Positions 19,037-29,596 of a DNA stretch of 64,000 nucleotides are shown piece after piece. The stretch comes from Candidatus Poribacteria bacterium. GTDB lineage: Bacteria > Poribacteria > WGA-4E > PCPOR2b. Positions within the stretch are counted from its first letter, which is position 1, and the number at the start of each line of letters is the position of its first letter. The stretch is taken from the NCBI GenBank assembly GCA_965198175.1, contig OZ240245.1, positions 1,280,001 to 1,344,000 on the forward strand, read 5' to 3'. A program made the position numbers and the translations under genes. The notes beneath the pieces are model-generated. The model had not been told where the DNA came from and ran no database searches. It saw nothing but the letters and a program-made list of their open reading frames with translations.

Positions 19037-20263
19037 CTAAAACCATTCTTTCATACGTCTGAAGATTTGTTCAAACAAGTTTCCCTTGATAAAGGTGCGT
19101 TTGGGTTCGATTTGACGTTGCAAGGCTCCGTAAATAACAAGGCCGACACCTGTTGCATAAATCGGACTGTGAATCCTGTCGGTTAATCCTTTTAGCGGGC
19201 GCGGATAACCTATTCTAACCGGGTACGGAAAAATCTGCTCGGCAAGTTCAAGAAGTCCATCAAGAAGCGCGTTTCCTCCTGTAAGCACCACACCGGAAGG
19301 CATGTGGAGCTGGCTCTTGGCAATTTCTTGACCGATTAAATCTAGCATCTCTCCCATACGACATTGGATAATCTCAGTTAAATCCCGTTTAGTAACAAAG
19401 CGAGTTCTCCGTGTTCCGCCGACAGTTGAGATTGGAATAGTATCATCTGAATCAATTATGTCAACACATGCGCAGCCTCGATTGAGCTTGAGCTTCTCTG
19501 CATCCTGATGTGTCATCTTTAACAGTTGAGCAATATCACTGGTCACATGATCTCCACCAAGCGAGAGCACAGCGGTATGATGGGGGGCACCATCCTTATA
19601 AACAACGGTATCTGTCGTTCCGCCTCCCATGTCAGCAAGGACAACGCCAAGATTCTTTTCCTCACTTGATAAGACTGATCCGGCGGAAGCGATTGGCTCC
19701 AGAACGATATTTTCAACGGAGATTCCTGTGTTATAAACGCTTCTGACAAGGTTCTGTGCTGAAGCAACTGCGCCAGTAATGATGTGGACGTAGGCTTCGA
19801 GACGAACACCAGACATCCCCACCGGTTCTTTAATACCATCTTGATTGTCAACGACAAAGCCCTGCGGAATAACGTGAAGTACCTCTCGCTCAACTGGAAT
19901 CGAAATAGCTTGCGCAGCGCTAATCGCTCGATCTACATCAGACTGGGTGATTTCGCGTCCCTCACCTGCAACGGCAACAATCCCATTCTGGGTTTGTCCG
20001 GTGATGTGTCCTCCCGCAATGCCCGCATACACGGATCCAATCTCGACTCCTGCCATTAACTCAGCATTTTGAATTGCTACACGAATCGCTGTGCTGGTGA
20101 GGTCAATATCAACGACAACCCCTTTACGTAATCCGTTGGAGGGAGCCGTTCCAACACCAATAATCTCAATTTTTTCCGGATCGCCCTGCCAGGTATTTCC
20201 AATAATTGCAGCGATTTTGCTGGTCCCGATGTCTAGTCCGACGACGATGTCTTCTCTATCCAT
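19037..20263 (-). CDS. ftsA: Cell division protein FtsA
   Basis: GLDIGTSK, GLRKGVVVD, PVGMSGVRLE, DMGGGTTD, VLTGG and C-terminal amphipathic helix FEQIFRRMKEWF. GGAGG RBS before 20263. Confidence 0.97.
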   Translation of the reverse strand: MDREDIVVGLDIGTSKIAAIIGNTWQGDPEKIEIIGVGTAPSNGLRKGVVVDIDLTSTAIRVAIQNAELMAGVEIGSVYAGIAGGHITGQTQNGIVAVAGEGREITQSDVDRAISAAQAISIPVEREVLHVIPQGFVVDNQDGIKEPVGMSGVRLEAYVHIITGAVASAQNLVRSVYNTGISVENIVLEPIASAGSVLSSEEKNLGVVLADMGGGTTDTVVYKDGAPHHTAVLSLGGDHVTSDIAQLLKMTHQDAEKLKLNRGCACVDIIDSDDTIPISTVGGTRRTRFVTKRDLTEIIQCRMGEMLDLIGQEIAKSQLHMPSGVVLTGGNALLDGLLELAEQIFPYPVRIGYPRPLKGLTDRIHSPIYATGVGLVIYGALQRQIEPKRTFIKGNLFEQIFRRMKEWF

Positions 20264-21164
20264 GCTTGCCTCCCCAATAAATTGCATCCTGAAATCTTGC
20301 GTCCAAATAGCCCTTCATACGGTTTCGTTTCTTTTGCTTAACAATAGTTGTTCGATTTTTCAAGAAAAGATCTATATGATAAAGTCCAGTGTTTATGAGA
20401 TCCGATGAGAGCCACACTACAGGCAAGTCATCAAGTTGGAGAATGATTTTTTCAGGCTGATTGGCATTAATTGTACGCAGCTTCGAGGCAATCTCAGGGG
20501 TTAGACTCTGCGCGGAATGCAGCACGCTTAGTGCCAGTTGAATGTCTTCTGAGTGAACCTGACTATCGCGTTCAGGTAATTGTCCTTGTCCATCAGCAAC
20601 AATGGTAACAAATGTATCCGAAGTCTGTGGAGAGTCGATATCTTCTAACACATACCCATCTGGATCTACTTGAAGAAAACGAACTTCATGATTCAGATGG
20701 TATTTTAACCATGCAATCGGCTTTCTTTCAGTAATCTGAACTGTCAAATTTGGTTTCACAACACCACTTTTTGAGACATCTACTTTCTTGACATAGCGTA
20801 GTTTGCGCTTGAGGCGGTTTTCAATCTCTTGTTCAGGAACATTGCTTTGGTTAGGACTCAATTCTAAAGCACCGACGATGTCGATTGCCTCATAGTGCTC
20901 ATTGCCAAGCACAGAGACATCCTTGGCTCTCACATCGAAAAAATCGCGTTCGGAGGTGATAAAATAAATGAATGACAATACAGTAACAAACGTCATTCCG
21001 ATAGCAAACCTCCGTTTAACCTGAAGCCGCGAATCTCCATTTTCAGGGTGCAGCCACACTTTCTGCTGCGTCGGGAGTTGCCTTGATGGCAGGTGTTTGC
21101 CTTCAGCACCGTCGCGGGTTTGCGATTGTAATCTATTTGAAGGGGATCGATTATGCATGAACAT
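20256..21164 (-). CDS. ftsQ: Cell division protein FtsQ/DivIB
   Basis: Single TM, POTRA-like segment, VQITERKPIA and YLDARF; sits between murC and ftsA. Start uncertain. Confidence 0.85.
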   Translation of the reverse strand: MFMHNRSPSNRLQSQTRDGAEGKHLPSRQLPTQQKVWLHPENGDSRLQVKRRFAIGMTFVTVLSFIYFITSERDFFDVRAKDVSVLGNEHYEAIDIVGALELSPNQSNVPEQEIENRLKRKLRYVKKVDVSKSGVVKPNLTVQITERKPIAWLKYHLNHEVRFLQVDPDGYVLEDIDSPQTSDTFVTIVADGQGQLPERDSQVHSEDIQLALSVLHSAQSLTPEIASKLRTINANQPEKIILQLDDLPVVWLSSDLINTGLYHIDLFLKNRTTIVKQKKRNRMKGYLDARFQDAIYWGGKHG

Positions 21165-21229
21165 GTAAGTAAATGTAAGTATGTAGTGTGGAAATTTGAA
21201 AATCTGGGAACCGGTTATGACATATTGAT

Positions 21230-22642
21230 TTATTCGGTTGACTTCAGGTGTGCTGATAAATCGCACAAGGGGGTTGGCTCCGTCCTTAATTTTGCCAATA
21301 GTTCACGCCCAACACACCAGATGTCCCCGGCGCCAACCGTTATGACAATATCATTGGGACGAACAATCTTCATCAAAGCGCTCGCAATTTCCGCTTTATC
21401 CGGAATATAGATTGCATGACGATGTCCATGCGCCTGAATGGCCTGCGTCAGTTTTTCCGCTGTGACCCCTTCAACTGGAGCTTCCTCCGCTCCATAGATT
21501 GAGGTGACAATTAGCACATCTGTCTCATAAAACGATTTCGAGAACTCCTCTGCAAGATGCTTGACGCGCTGGTAACGATGCGGTTGAAAGACAGCGACGA
21601 TGCGACGATTATAACTCTCGCGAGCAGCGCGAAAAGTAGCTTTTAGCTTAGCCGGATTGTGTGCATAATCATCAACCACGATGATGCCATTAGTTTGACC
21701 GATGACTTCGAAGCGGCGATGCACGCCCTGAAATGATTCTAGAGCGTCTCGGAGCTGATCGAATGGCACTTCCAACTCCATCCCAACGGCGATAGCAGCT
21801 AATGCGTTGGAAATATTGTGCCGCCCCGGCATCTTTAAGTGGACTTCACCTAGAATATCTCCACTCGCTCTTACGCAAAAGTGAGAGGTGGGGCCATCAA
21901 TCCGGATCTGTTCTGCAGTTAGATCTGCACGATTCTCAATGCCATAGGTCACATAGCGTTTTTCAAGTCGGGGAATGAGGCGCTGGATGTTTACTTGGTC
22001 TAAGCACAACACCCCAGTTCCGTAAAACGGCACCTTATTGACAAATTTCAGGAACGTCTCGCCGATTTCTTCAACACTGCTGTAATAATCGAGGTGATCT
22101 GCATCGACTGACGTGACCACAGCGATCGTTGGGAAGAATTTCTCAATGGAACCATAAGCTTCATCTGCTTCAACCACCATAATCTCACCGCGCCCAATCC
22201 GTGCATTGCTCCCTAGGCTAACCAGTTTACCGCCAACGATCACTGTTGGGTCAAGTTTTTCCAACACGGCGGCTGTCATCGCAGTCGTTGTGGTCTTGCC
22301 GTGCGTGCCGCTAATCGCAACACTGGATTTCATCCGCATTATCTCCGCCAGCATTTCTGCGCCGCGAATGACAGGAGTTTTGCGGATTTTCGCAGCAACT
22401 ACCTCGGGGTTCTGGAGTGGGACAGCGGGTGAAACGACAACAACGTCGGCGCCCGAAATCTGCTCAGCCACATGCCCATAATACACTTTTGCACCTAACG
22501 TCACAAGACGCTCAGTGGCTTCCGATTGGCGTAAATCCGATCCAGAAACCCAAAAGTCAAGGCTTAACAAGATTTCTGCTATTCCACTGAGTCCAGCGCC
22601 GCCGATGCCAATAATGTGAATATGGCGTGTTGCTCCAAACAT
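21230..22642 (-). CDS. murC: UDP-N-acetylmuramate--L-alanine ligase
   Basis: IGIGGAGLSG, GTHGKTTT, VEADE, DDYAHNP, FQPHRY. Confidence 0.97.
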   Translation of the reverse strand: MFGATRHIHIIGIGGAGLSGIAEILLSLDFWVSGSDLRQSEATERLVTLGAKVYYGHVAEQISGADVVVVSPAVPLQNPEVVAAKIRKTPVIRGAEMLAEIMRMKSSVAISGTHGKTTTTAMTAAVLEKLDPTVIVGGKLVSLGSNARIGRGEIMVVEADEAYGSIEKFFPTIAVVTSVDADHLDYYSSVEEIGETFLKFVNKVPFYGTGVLCLDQVNIQRLIPRLEKRYVTYGIENRADLTAEQIRIDGPTSHFCVRASGDILGEVHLKMPGRHNISNALAAIAVGMELEVPFDQLRDALESFQGVHRRFEVIGQTNGIIVVDDYAHNPAKLKATFRAARESYNRRIVAVFQPHRYQRVKHLAEEFSKSFYETDVLIVTSIYGAEEAPVEGVTAEKLTQAIQAHGHRHAIYIPDKAEIASALMKIVRPNDIVITVGAGDIWCVGRELLAKLRTEPTPLCDLSAHLKSTE

Positions 22643-22658
22643 AGAGGTGTCTAACTTT

Positions 22659-23759
22659 CTAAGGAATTACGAGAGAATAAATAGATGTTGCAATTTCCTC
22701 ACCTGCTTTCGGATTTCCCAATTGACAGGCAGCGTCTGCTATTCGTTGAAGTTCTGCCGAATCGCTAATGATTTGGATGACCCAATCGGCGATGTCATTT
22801 CCGGTCAACGTTTGCTCATTCAGTACGAACCCTGCGCCCCGGTCTGCAACCGCTTGAGCGTTTAATTTCTGGTGATCGCCGGTAGCAGTTGACAAAGGAA
22901 TGAAAATCGCCGGAATACTGCAAGCTGTGACTTCGGAGATTGTCATTCCGCCAGCCCTGCAAATCATCAAATCTACGATGCTATAAACCGACTCGATCGA
23001 ATCAAAATACGGTTGAATCAAATGCCGTAGTGGCGAACTCTTGTAGCTTTCAGTGACCTCTTGGTAATCTTTTTCTCCGGTCTGATGAATAATCTGCAAC
23101 TGCTGATTGAGCGTCGCCAGATTATCCAGTGCATCTATTACAATCTGGTTAATTGCGTGTGCGCCTTGACTTCCTCCCATCACGAACACAGTCTTCAGAT
23201 TCGCATCTAGTCCAAGCCTTTCATAAGTCGAATTACTACGTTTAACAGTGCCAATCGTTCGACGTATGGGATTACCTGTTACCTTGGCAGCCCTCGCTGG
23301 AAAATAGGTTACAGCCGTTTCAAATGCGAGGTAAACCGATTTTGCCCAACGTCCCAAGATACGATTTGTGAGGCCGGGATACGCATTCTGTTCTTGGACG
23401 ATGATTGGGATACCGAGCAGTAAAGCGGCAAAGAGCACAGGGCCACAAACATAGCCGCCCGTTCCCACCACGAGACTGGGTTTCAACCTTTTGAGAAGCC
23501 ACAGTGAATGTACAAAGCCAGAACACACCTGACCAATAATGGGCAACCACTTCCAGGTCAACTTCCGCGGGAACCCCGCGACGGGGATAGGGAGGAAACG
23601 AAATCCGTGTTGAGGAACGATTGTCGATTCAAGGCGATCCGCCCCTCCAATGAACACGATTTCAATCGTCGGATCAAGAGAGATTAGTTCTTTTGCAATA
23701 CCAATCGCCGGATAAATATGGCCACCTGTCCCTCCGCCTGAAATCGTGATAAGTGGCAT
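22659..23759 (-). CDS. murG: Lipid II GlcNAc transferase
   Basis: GGGTGGHIYP, GTGGYV, EQNAYPG, GNPIR, GGSQGA. Start moved to MPLITIS (23759). Confidence 0.97.
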   Translation of the reverse strand: MPLITISGGGTGGHIYPAIGIAKELISLDPTIEIVFIGGADRLESTIVPQHGFRFLPIPVAGFPRKLTWKWLPIIGQVCSGFVHSLWLLKRLKPSLVVGTGGYVCGPVLFAALLLGIPIIVQEQNAYPGLTNRILGRWAKSVYLAFETAVTYFPARAAKVTGNPIRRTIGTVKRSNSTYERLGLDANLKTVFVMGGSQGAHAINQIVIDALDNLATLNQQLQIIHQTGEKDYQEVTESYKSSPLRHLIQPYFDSIESVYSIVDLMICRAGGMTISEVTACSIPAIFIPLSTATGDHQKLNAQAVADRGAGFVLNEQTLTGNDIADWVIQIISDSAELQRIADAACQLGNPKAGEEIATSIYSLVIP

Positions 23760-23776
23760 CAGTTTTCCTCTTCCTA

Positions 23777-25051
23777 TCAGTCCCTTCCCTTTCCCAATTT
23801 TCTCATTCCTAATCCTGCATTCCTCCATTTGTTCCACTTCACTTCTTCTTCTTCACCCGTCCATTTTTTCTCCTCGTTTTCCTGCTCCTCTACTTCTTTA
23901 CTCTCTATTCCACGTGAGATATTCAGCAAAATTCCAATACTAATTAGACTGACTAAAAGCGACGAGCCTCCATAGCTGATAAAGGGCAAGGTGAGACCTT
24001 TTGTGGGCATCATACCTGTCACAACCCCGATATTGACAATCGTCTGGACGCCAATGAGAATGGTAATTCCAAACGCAAGTAAACTCGCGAACCTATCTGT
24101 AACATGTAGCGCAATATGGATGCCACGCCAAATAAACAACATGAAGAGAGCAATAACACCAACGCCACCAATGAAACCGAACTCTTCGCCGACAATCGTG
24201 AAGATAAAATCTGTATGCGGATATGGAAGATACCGCAAGTGGATGCTCTTACCAATCCCGTCGCCAAATAAGCTGCCATGCGCTAGCGCACCTAACGACA
24301 GAGAAAGTTGATAATTTGTATCGTCCGGCGATTTCAGAGAATTGATAAAACCAAGAATTCGGTCCATCTTATACGAATCGTGTTGAATCGAGGCGTAAAC
24401 AAAAAAACAGGCGATTCCCGTCAGTAAGATAATCTGCGATGGACGAGCTCCTCCTACGAACAGAAGTGTAACAATCACTAAACCTAACAACACTGCCGAT
24501 CCAAAATCAGGTTGTATGTATAAAAGCAGAAACACGATCGAAAGAATGAGGATGCTCGGCAGCACGCCGTGAATGAGGCTCTTAATTTTGTCACGTTTGC
24601 GGCTGAGAAAATGGGCAACATAGATAACCATAGCTAGCTTGATGAGTTCAACAGGCTGAAATTGAAACTTGCCGATTCGCACCCACCGACTAAATTCCTT
24701 ACCCGTTTCCGAACTAACGTTATGCCCAAGCGGAGAAAAAACGAGCAACAATCCGAGAATGGAAAGAAGAAGAATATGTTTATTGTACCTCTCGTAGAAC
24801 CTGAATGGAATGTATGAAGCTATGAATAAACCAATCAATCCGAGCGCACCGGCGATTAGTTGCGTCTTCAGAAAACGTAAGCTGTCTTGGTTATACGATT
24901 CATAGGCAAGCCTGTTGCTTGAACTGTATACCATTACGAAGCCAATTGCGATCAAGCAAAAAGTGATGAAAAGCAGAAAGTGATCGATTCCTCCCTTAAG
25001 TGGATAAGCGTCTTCCTGATTTGAAAGGAGTTTGACTGATTGCCTATTCAA
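23777..25051 (-). CDS. ftsW: Peptidoglycan glycosyltransferase FtsW
   Basis: FQPVELIK, QPDFG, HTDFIF..GEEFG, PTKGLTLPFISYGGSS; dcw context. Confidence 0.95.
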   Translation of the reverse strand: MNRQSVKLLSNQEDAYPLKGGIDHFLLFITFCLIAIGFVMVYSSSNRLAYESYNQDSLRFLKTQLIAGALGLIGLFIASYIPFRFYERYNKHILLLSILGLLLVFSPLGHNVSSETGKEFSRWVRIGKFQFQPVELIKLAMVIYVAHFLSRKRDKIKSLIHGVLPSILILSIVFLLLYIQPDFGSAVLLGLVIVTLLFVGGARPSQIILLTGIACFFVYASIQHDSYKMDRILGFINSLKSPDDTNYQLSLSLGALAHGSLFGDGIGKSIHLRYLPYPHTDFIFTIVGEEFGFIGGVGVIALFMLFIWRGIHIALHVTDRFASLLAFGITILIGVQTIVNIGVVTGMMPTKGLTLPFISYGGSSLLVSLISIGILLNISRGIESKEVEEQENEEKKWTGEEEEVKWNKWRNAGLGMRKLGKGRD

Positions 25052-26414
25052 GTCGATTCACAGCCTCCCGATACGCTTGTCCTCGTTCTTTATAATCTGT
25101 GTACATGTCAAAACTAGCGTTGGCAGGCGAAAAAAGTACAACGTCACCTGGCGCTGCATGCGTGAATGCAATTTTTACAGCTTCGTCCATTGTTGCAACA
25201 TTCCACATAACGACTTGCGAATCAAGTGCGTTTCGGATTAATTGCGTGTGTGAGCCGAGTAAGATTAATCCTTTGACTTTAGACTGAATAGGCTGGATTA
25301 ACGGTGCATAATCATTTCCTTTATCGTATCCACCCATAATCAACAGGATCGGATTTGATAACGATTCAAGCGCAGCCGTGACCGCGGCAACATTTGTCGC
25401 TTTTGAATCGTTGATGAATTGGACACCATTGATTGTATTGACCGTCTCGAAGGCATGTTCGAGCGCGGGATATTCAGCCGGTGAAAACCGGCGAATTGTG
25501 GATCGCATTTGATGCGGTGTAATACCCAAAATCTCCCCAACGGCTACTGCAGCAAGGACATTTCGGAGATTGTGGTTTCCAGCTAGCGGAATGTCTCGTT
25601 TAGTAAGAACACAATGCGACTCACCGTCCCAATATGCAAAAATTTTATCGTTTCGTACATAGGTCCCCAAACCAGCAGGCGAGGAATTTGTCGTAAAGTA
25701 AACGGTTTTAGCCCGTGTCTCCGCAGCAAATGCAGCGATGACAGGGTCTTCCGCATTCAAAACAGTCCAATCCTCCGATGTTTGATGCGCGGAAATCTTC
25801 AGCTTTGCTGCTCGATAGGCTTCCAACGTTCCGTGTTGATCCAAATGATCTCGTGAAAGATTCAAAATCACACTCACCATCGGGTGAAATGTCATTGTAG
25901 TTTCAAGTTGAAAACTACTGGCTTCCACAACGACGAGATCCTCAGACGTTAAATCTTGAACTTCGCTCGACAGAGGAATGCCGATGTTGCCGGCAACACG
26001 CACTTTGCGGAAGTTCCCATCTTTCAGAATCGAGGCGGTAAACACTGTTGTCGTCGACTTGCCTTTTGTTCCTGTGATAGCGACGATTGGCGCAGGACAT
26101 ACGCTCGCGGCGACTTCTAGTTCGCCAACGATTGAAATACCCTTTGAACGGGCTTCCTGCAAGATTGGGATATCCAGCCGCACACCCGGCGAAACAACAA
26201 CCATATCCACCTGATCAATGCAGCGCCGATCGTGTCCGCCGAGGATGAGTTCAATTGACCGATCCTTCAGCGCCTCTACGATTGACCGGAGTTCTTGGAC
26301 TGATTTTTGATCGGTGACCCGCACTTTCGCGCCAAGGTCGTCCAGCAGTTTGGCAACAGCAACGCCGCTGCGTTGCATCCCAAAAACGGCAATCTGTTTC
26401 CCCGAAAAGGTCAT
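25044..26414 (-). CDS. murD: UDP-N-acetylmuramoyl-L-alanine--D-glutamate ligase
   Basis: VVSPG, TGTKGKSTT, EASSFQL, DHLD, NDSKATN, SPANASFD. Confidence 0.96.
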   Translation of the reverse strand: MTFSGKQIAVFGMQRSGVAVAKLLDDLGAKVRVTDQKSVQELRSIVEALKDRSIELILGGHDRRCIDQVDMVVVSPGVRLDIPILQEARSKGISIVGELEVAASVCPAPIVAITGTKGKSTTTVFTASILKDGNFRKVRVAGNIGIPLSSEVQDLTSEDLVVVEASSFQLETTMTFHPMVSVILNLSRDHLDQHGTLEAYRAAKLKISAHQTSEDWTVLNAEDPVIAAFAAETRAKTVYFTTNSSPAGLGTYVRNDKIFAYWDGESHCVLTKRDIPLAGNHNLRNVLAAVAVGEILGITPHQMRSTIRRFSPAEYPALEHAFETVNTINGVQFINDSKATNVAAVTAALESLSNPILLIMGGYDKGNDYAPLIQPIQSKVKGLILLGSHTQLIRNALDSQVVMWNVATMDEAVKIAFTHAAPGDVVLFSPANASFDMYTDYKERGQAYREAVNRLE

Positions 26415-26917
26415 CTCAATTTACATACTATGCGTCGCCCTATGACGTAAAACGGAGGCCGTGAAAAACCGCAAGACAAACAGTTTAATCTATTGTAACA
26501 TGTTAAAAACCCGATTGTCTAGTGCTTTTACAGAGCCACTTCCCAACGAAGAAAAAAAACAGCACTTTTTCGACTGATTCGCCAGTCAAATGTTTTGATG
26601 TATCAATGTCGATGATGTGCGATACGGAAGCCGGGTCGCTTATACAACTGCTCGGCGATGCTGCAAGTCACGGCTTTCAGCGTCGAGGCCCTTGTCCCGG
26701 AATAAGCAGGGTGTGTCATCAGCTAGGTCGTCCACCTACACAACAGGATGAAAAAGACAGTCTTCACTCGGTTGCTGTTGAACGTCCGTGCACCATCAAA
26801 GTCATGGTTGTCACACCACTGAGCACGGAGATTAATCCAGAACTTTTCGAAGGTGTTCATAAACTCATTAGGCGTGGTGACTTTCTCCTACATAGTCAAC
26901 TCATCTTCCTTTGATTG

Positions 26918-29596
26918 CTAATTCGTTGGGCCATCCGCCTGAACCGAATTGGGGCATAGCTCCATAATGGACATGTGCTCCTTGGCGGGATCGAACTGCT
27001 CTAAGCTCGTAAAGGTTGTCACGGCGTTCGGGAAAAGTCTCTCTGCCATTGTGCGAAGGAGACGAGCATTTATCCAATCCACAGCAGAACCCTCATACTT
27101 GGCTGGTCCCTTGAATCCACTTCGATAGAGAGGACGCCCGGTCTTACCAGACACACGCGGAGGAACATGGTGATAGTGCGAAATCTCCTTCACCAGCAGG
27201 TCAATAATCTCTAGTACCCCCTGCGGGTGGAGCAGTTGAAGAATCTGTAATCCGCCTTCAATCGCGCGATTGGAAAGGTGAATCCATACATTATGGGGAT
27301 ACTCCGCCAAAATTTCCTGCAGGACTTTCCCTTGGTCCGGAATTTCTGGAGTCTCAATGAAACGCAGGTCCACCAAAGATGGGATGGCAACGTAGCGTTC
27401 CTCTAGCTTGAATCCATTCCAGAGGTCCGACCAGAAGTGATAGAACTGACGGTCCCCTTCCTCCGGGCCAAGCTTATTCCGAAAATCCAACTGATAGTGA
27501 GTCAGAAACTCCTTCACTTCCGCATCACGCTTTGAAAGTTCCTGGAGGTCTGCTGTCAATACCTGTCGATTCAGATTATACTTTTCCACTAATGCCTCTA
27601 ATATTTCTACTGGTAGATAGAGGCGAGCCTCAATGTGATAGTGATGTCCGTCTATCTGTGCTACTTTATCCGTCGGAACGTTATCTGTAACGTTGGTTGA
27701 ATGAACTCGCAGGATACGGCCGGCATAGGGGCTCAGTATCTGCAAAGGAGCTTCAGCGTGTAGGAGCAGATACGCAAGTTGTATCCCGTTCCGCACCTTT
27801 CCCAATTCTGCTTCTGCTTCTGAGAGCACCGATTTTGAAAAATCAGCCAGAACATACCTCATCTGCTTCAACAACCGCTCGATTCCTTGTGAACGCGCTA
27901 GTTCGCCCAACATTTCAATAAAGATGCGAGCACGTTCCACACTGGCAATACCAATCTCCACGTAGACGTACTCATCTCCGGTATCGCCGATTACTTCAAG
28001 TTGATTCAAGAATTTCTCAGCGCTGTAGCGAGTCAACGCCTCATTCATATCCGGCGATCCGTGTATGGAATCGCGATAGTCCCGATTATGCGCCGCCATG
28101 AAGGGGGTTTTATTTTGCCAGAAGGCATCATTGAATTGCCAGACAAGACTCCTAGTATAGGGCACATATTCGCCAATTACCACACCGTTGGCGCTCTCTG
28201 TCTCTCCGTGCGCCACCTGTTCTAACATCCTTCGGATTGTTTTTGCTAATGCTTCTGTCGATGGGTGCTGGCGCAGATCGATCGCCAGTTCCCATTCCCT
28301 TGTGGGGATGACCTCATCCGCTACTTTCTTCACAAAGGGACGAAATGCGATGGGAGCTCGAAAATGGTGCTTGTAAGTAATCCGGTTCCAGTAAGTTCTA
28401 AAACGGCCCGGCCGCCATTCAGCTGGCAGTTCCCCTAACGTATTTTTCAGGGCTTCCAATGCATCGCCAAACTCCTCGACGTAACCTGGATCGACGAGCC
28501 CCGGCTCGTGGACGACTACTGCGCCCATCCCTTGCAAACGTGGGATGAGTTGTTCAATATCTTCCCGAGCCCGATCCGCTGGTGCCAGTTTCGCTCCCTC
28601 AAGAATCTTCTCAATGTCGCGCGAAGCCTGAATTGGCATGAGATGTATCCCGGCAACATCGGGAAGTTCACAAACTTTCTGTATGAGTTCGACAGTCCAA
28701 TTCCCACGGAATGTGCGGAAAGCTTCTTTGCCAGCTGCTTCCGCCTCCTTAAATTGTTCGAGGAGGGCGTGTGCCCCCGGATTCCGTTGGCTGATGCCGA
28801 CCAGCAAGAACCAGAAGCGAAGCGCCTTTACCGAGGCGATTATTGGCAGCCCCACCACTATTGGGATCTGTTGTGTTAATCCGCGTTCAAGCGCCAGATG
28901 CCACCATTTGGCAAATAGCTCCCAGAGCAGGGGCGGCTGAGTCAGAATCGCTTCAGCCTTAGCGTCTAGCTTTCGTTGCAACCGATCTACCCTAGATGTA
29001 ACAGATCTACCCGCAAAGGGATTTTCCACCGCCCAAATCGATAAATCGGGCGGAAGCTGGCCCGCGCTACGCATACGGTGGAGGAGTGATAGTATCCTGA
29101 AGGAGTTCATCGGTAGAATCTGTGATACTCCAGGAACCTTTCGGATAGGGTGACCGCCTGAAACTACTAGAATGCCCTTTGCTCCACTGTCGATAGCGCG
29201 GGTTATTCGATTGACCACTGTTTTGCGTTTCCGAGCGTTGGCTGCAATCGTGAAGATTGGTTCTGGGGTATCTCCCAGAACCGTCAGATTATCCACTTTC
29301 CCAGCAAAGCGAGGAAAATCCACGACAGTAATTGCGTCTACCCATCCCTTCCGCACTAGACGCTGATAGCGCTTCAACTGCTTCTGGAAGTTTGGGTCAT
29401 CGAGTACTTTTGGCGGTTGGAGTTCCACCGTAATCACGAACTGACCTTCTGCGAGGCGGCGCACTGCTGGCAGTGCCGTAAAATGAAGCATCTCTGTTGA
29501 GCAATTCTCGTCGGCAGCCAGCCTCTGGGATGATGCTGTCGGTGCGGAAGGTGCCATTTCTACTCCTTCTACGGGGGGATTCATGTCATTCTGCAC
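26918..29596 (-). CDS. Fusion of an MTHFR/MetF-like barrel and a class I SAM-methyltransferase-like domain
   Basis: N-half: TVELQPPK, ILVVSGGHP, RKLDAKAEAILTQPP, IPIVVGLP, GIHLMP. C-half: YVEIGIAS, YVLADFS, STNVTDNVPTD, LLHPQGVL. Confidence 0.7.
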   Translation of the reverse strand: MQNDMNPPVEGVEMAPSAPTASSQRLAADENCSTEMLHFTALPAVRRLAEGQFVITVELQPPKVLDDPNFQKQLKRYQRLVRKGWVDAITVVDFPRFAGKVDNLTVLGDTPEPIFTIAANARKRKTVVNRITRAIDSGAKGILVVSGGHPIRKVPGVSQILPMNSFRILSLLHRMRSAGQLPPDLSIWAVENPFAGRSVTSRVDRLQRKLDAKAEAILTQPPLLWELFAKWWHLALERGLTQQIPIVVGLPIIASVKALRFWFLLVGISQRNPGAHALLEQFKEAEAAGKEAFRTFRGNWTVELIQKVCELPDVAGIHLMPIQASRDIEKILEGAKLAPADRAREDIEQLIPRLQGMGAVVVHEPGLVDPGYVEEFGDALEALKNTLGELPAEWRPGRFRTYWNRITYKHHFRAPIAFRPFVKKVADEVIPTREWELAIDLRQHPSTEALAKTIRRMLEQVAHGETESANGVVIGEYVPYTRSLVWQFNDAFWQNKTPFMAAHNRDYRDSIHGSPDMNEALTRYSAEKFLNQLEVIGDTGDEYVYVEIGIASVERARIFIEMLGELARSQGIERLLKQMRYVLADFSKSVLSEAEAELGKVRNGIQLAYLLLHAEAPLQILSPYAGRILRVHSTNVTDNVPTDKVAQIDGHHYHIEARLYLPVEILEALVEKYNLNRQVLTADLQELSKRDAEVKEFLTHYQLDFRNKLGPEEGDRQFYHFWSDLWNGFKLEERYVAIPSLVDLRFIETPEIPDQGKVLQEILAEYPHNVWIHLSNRAIEGGLQILQLLHPQGVLEIIDLLVKEISHYHHVPPRVSGKTGRPLYRSGFKGPAKYEGSAVDWINARLLRTMAERLFPNAVTTFTSLEQFDPAKEHMSIMELCPNSVQADGPTN

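Noticed and set aside
26522..26914. 130-aa plus-strand ORF between murD and the MTHFR fusion
   Set aside because: No RBS or recognisable motif and atypical composition. A short broken minus-strand frame there is also unidentifiable.
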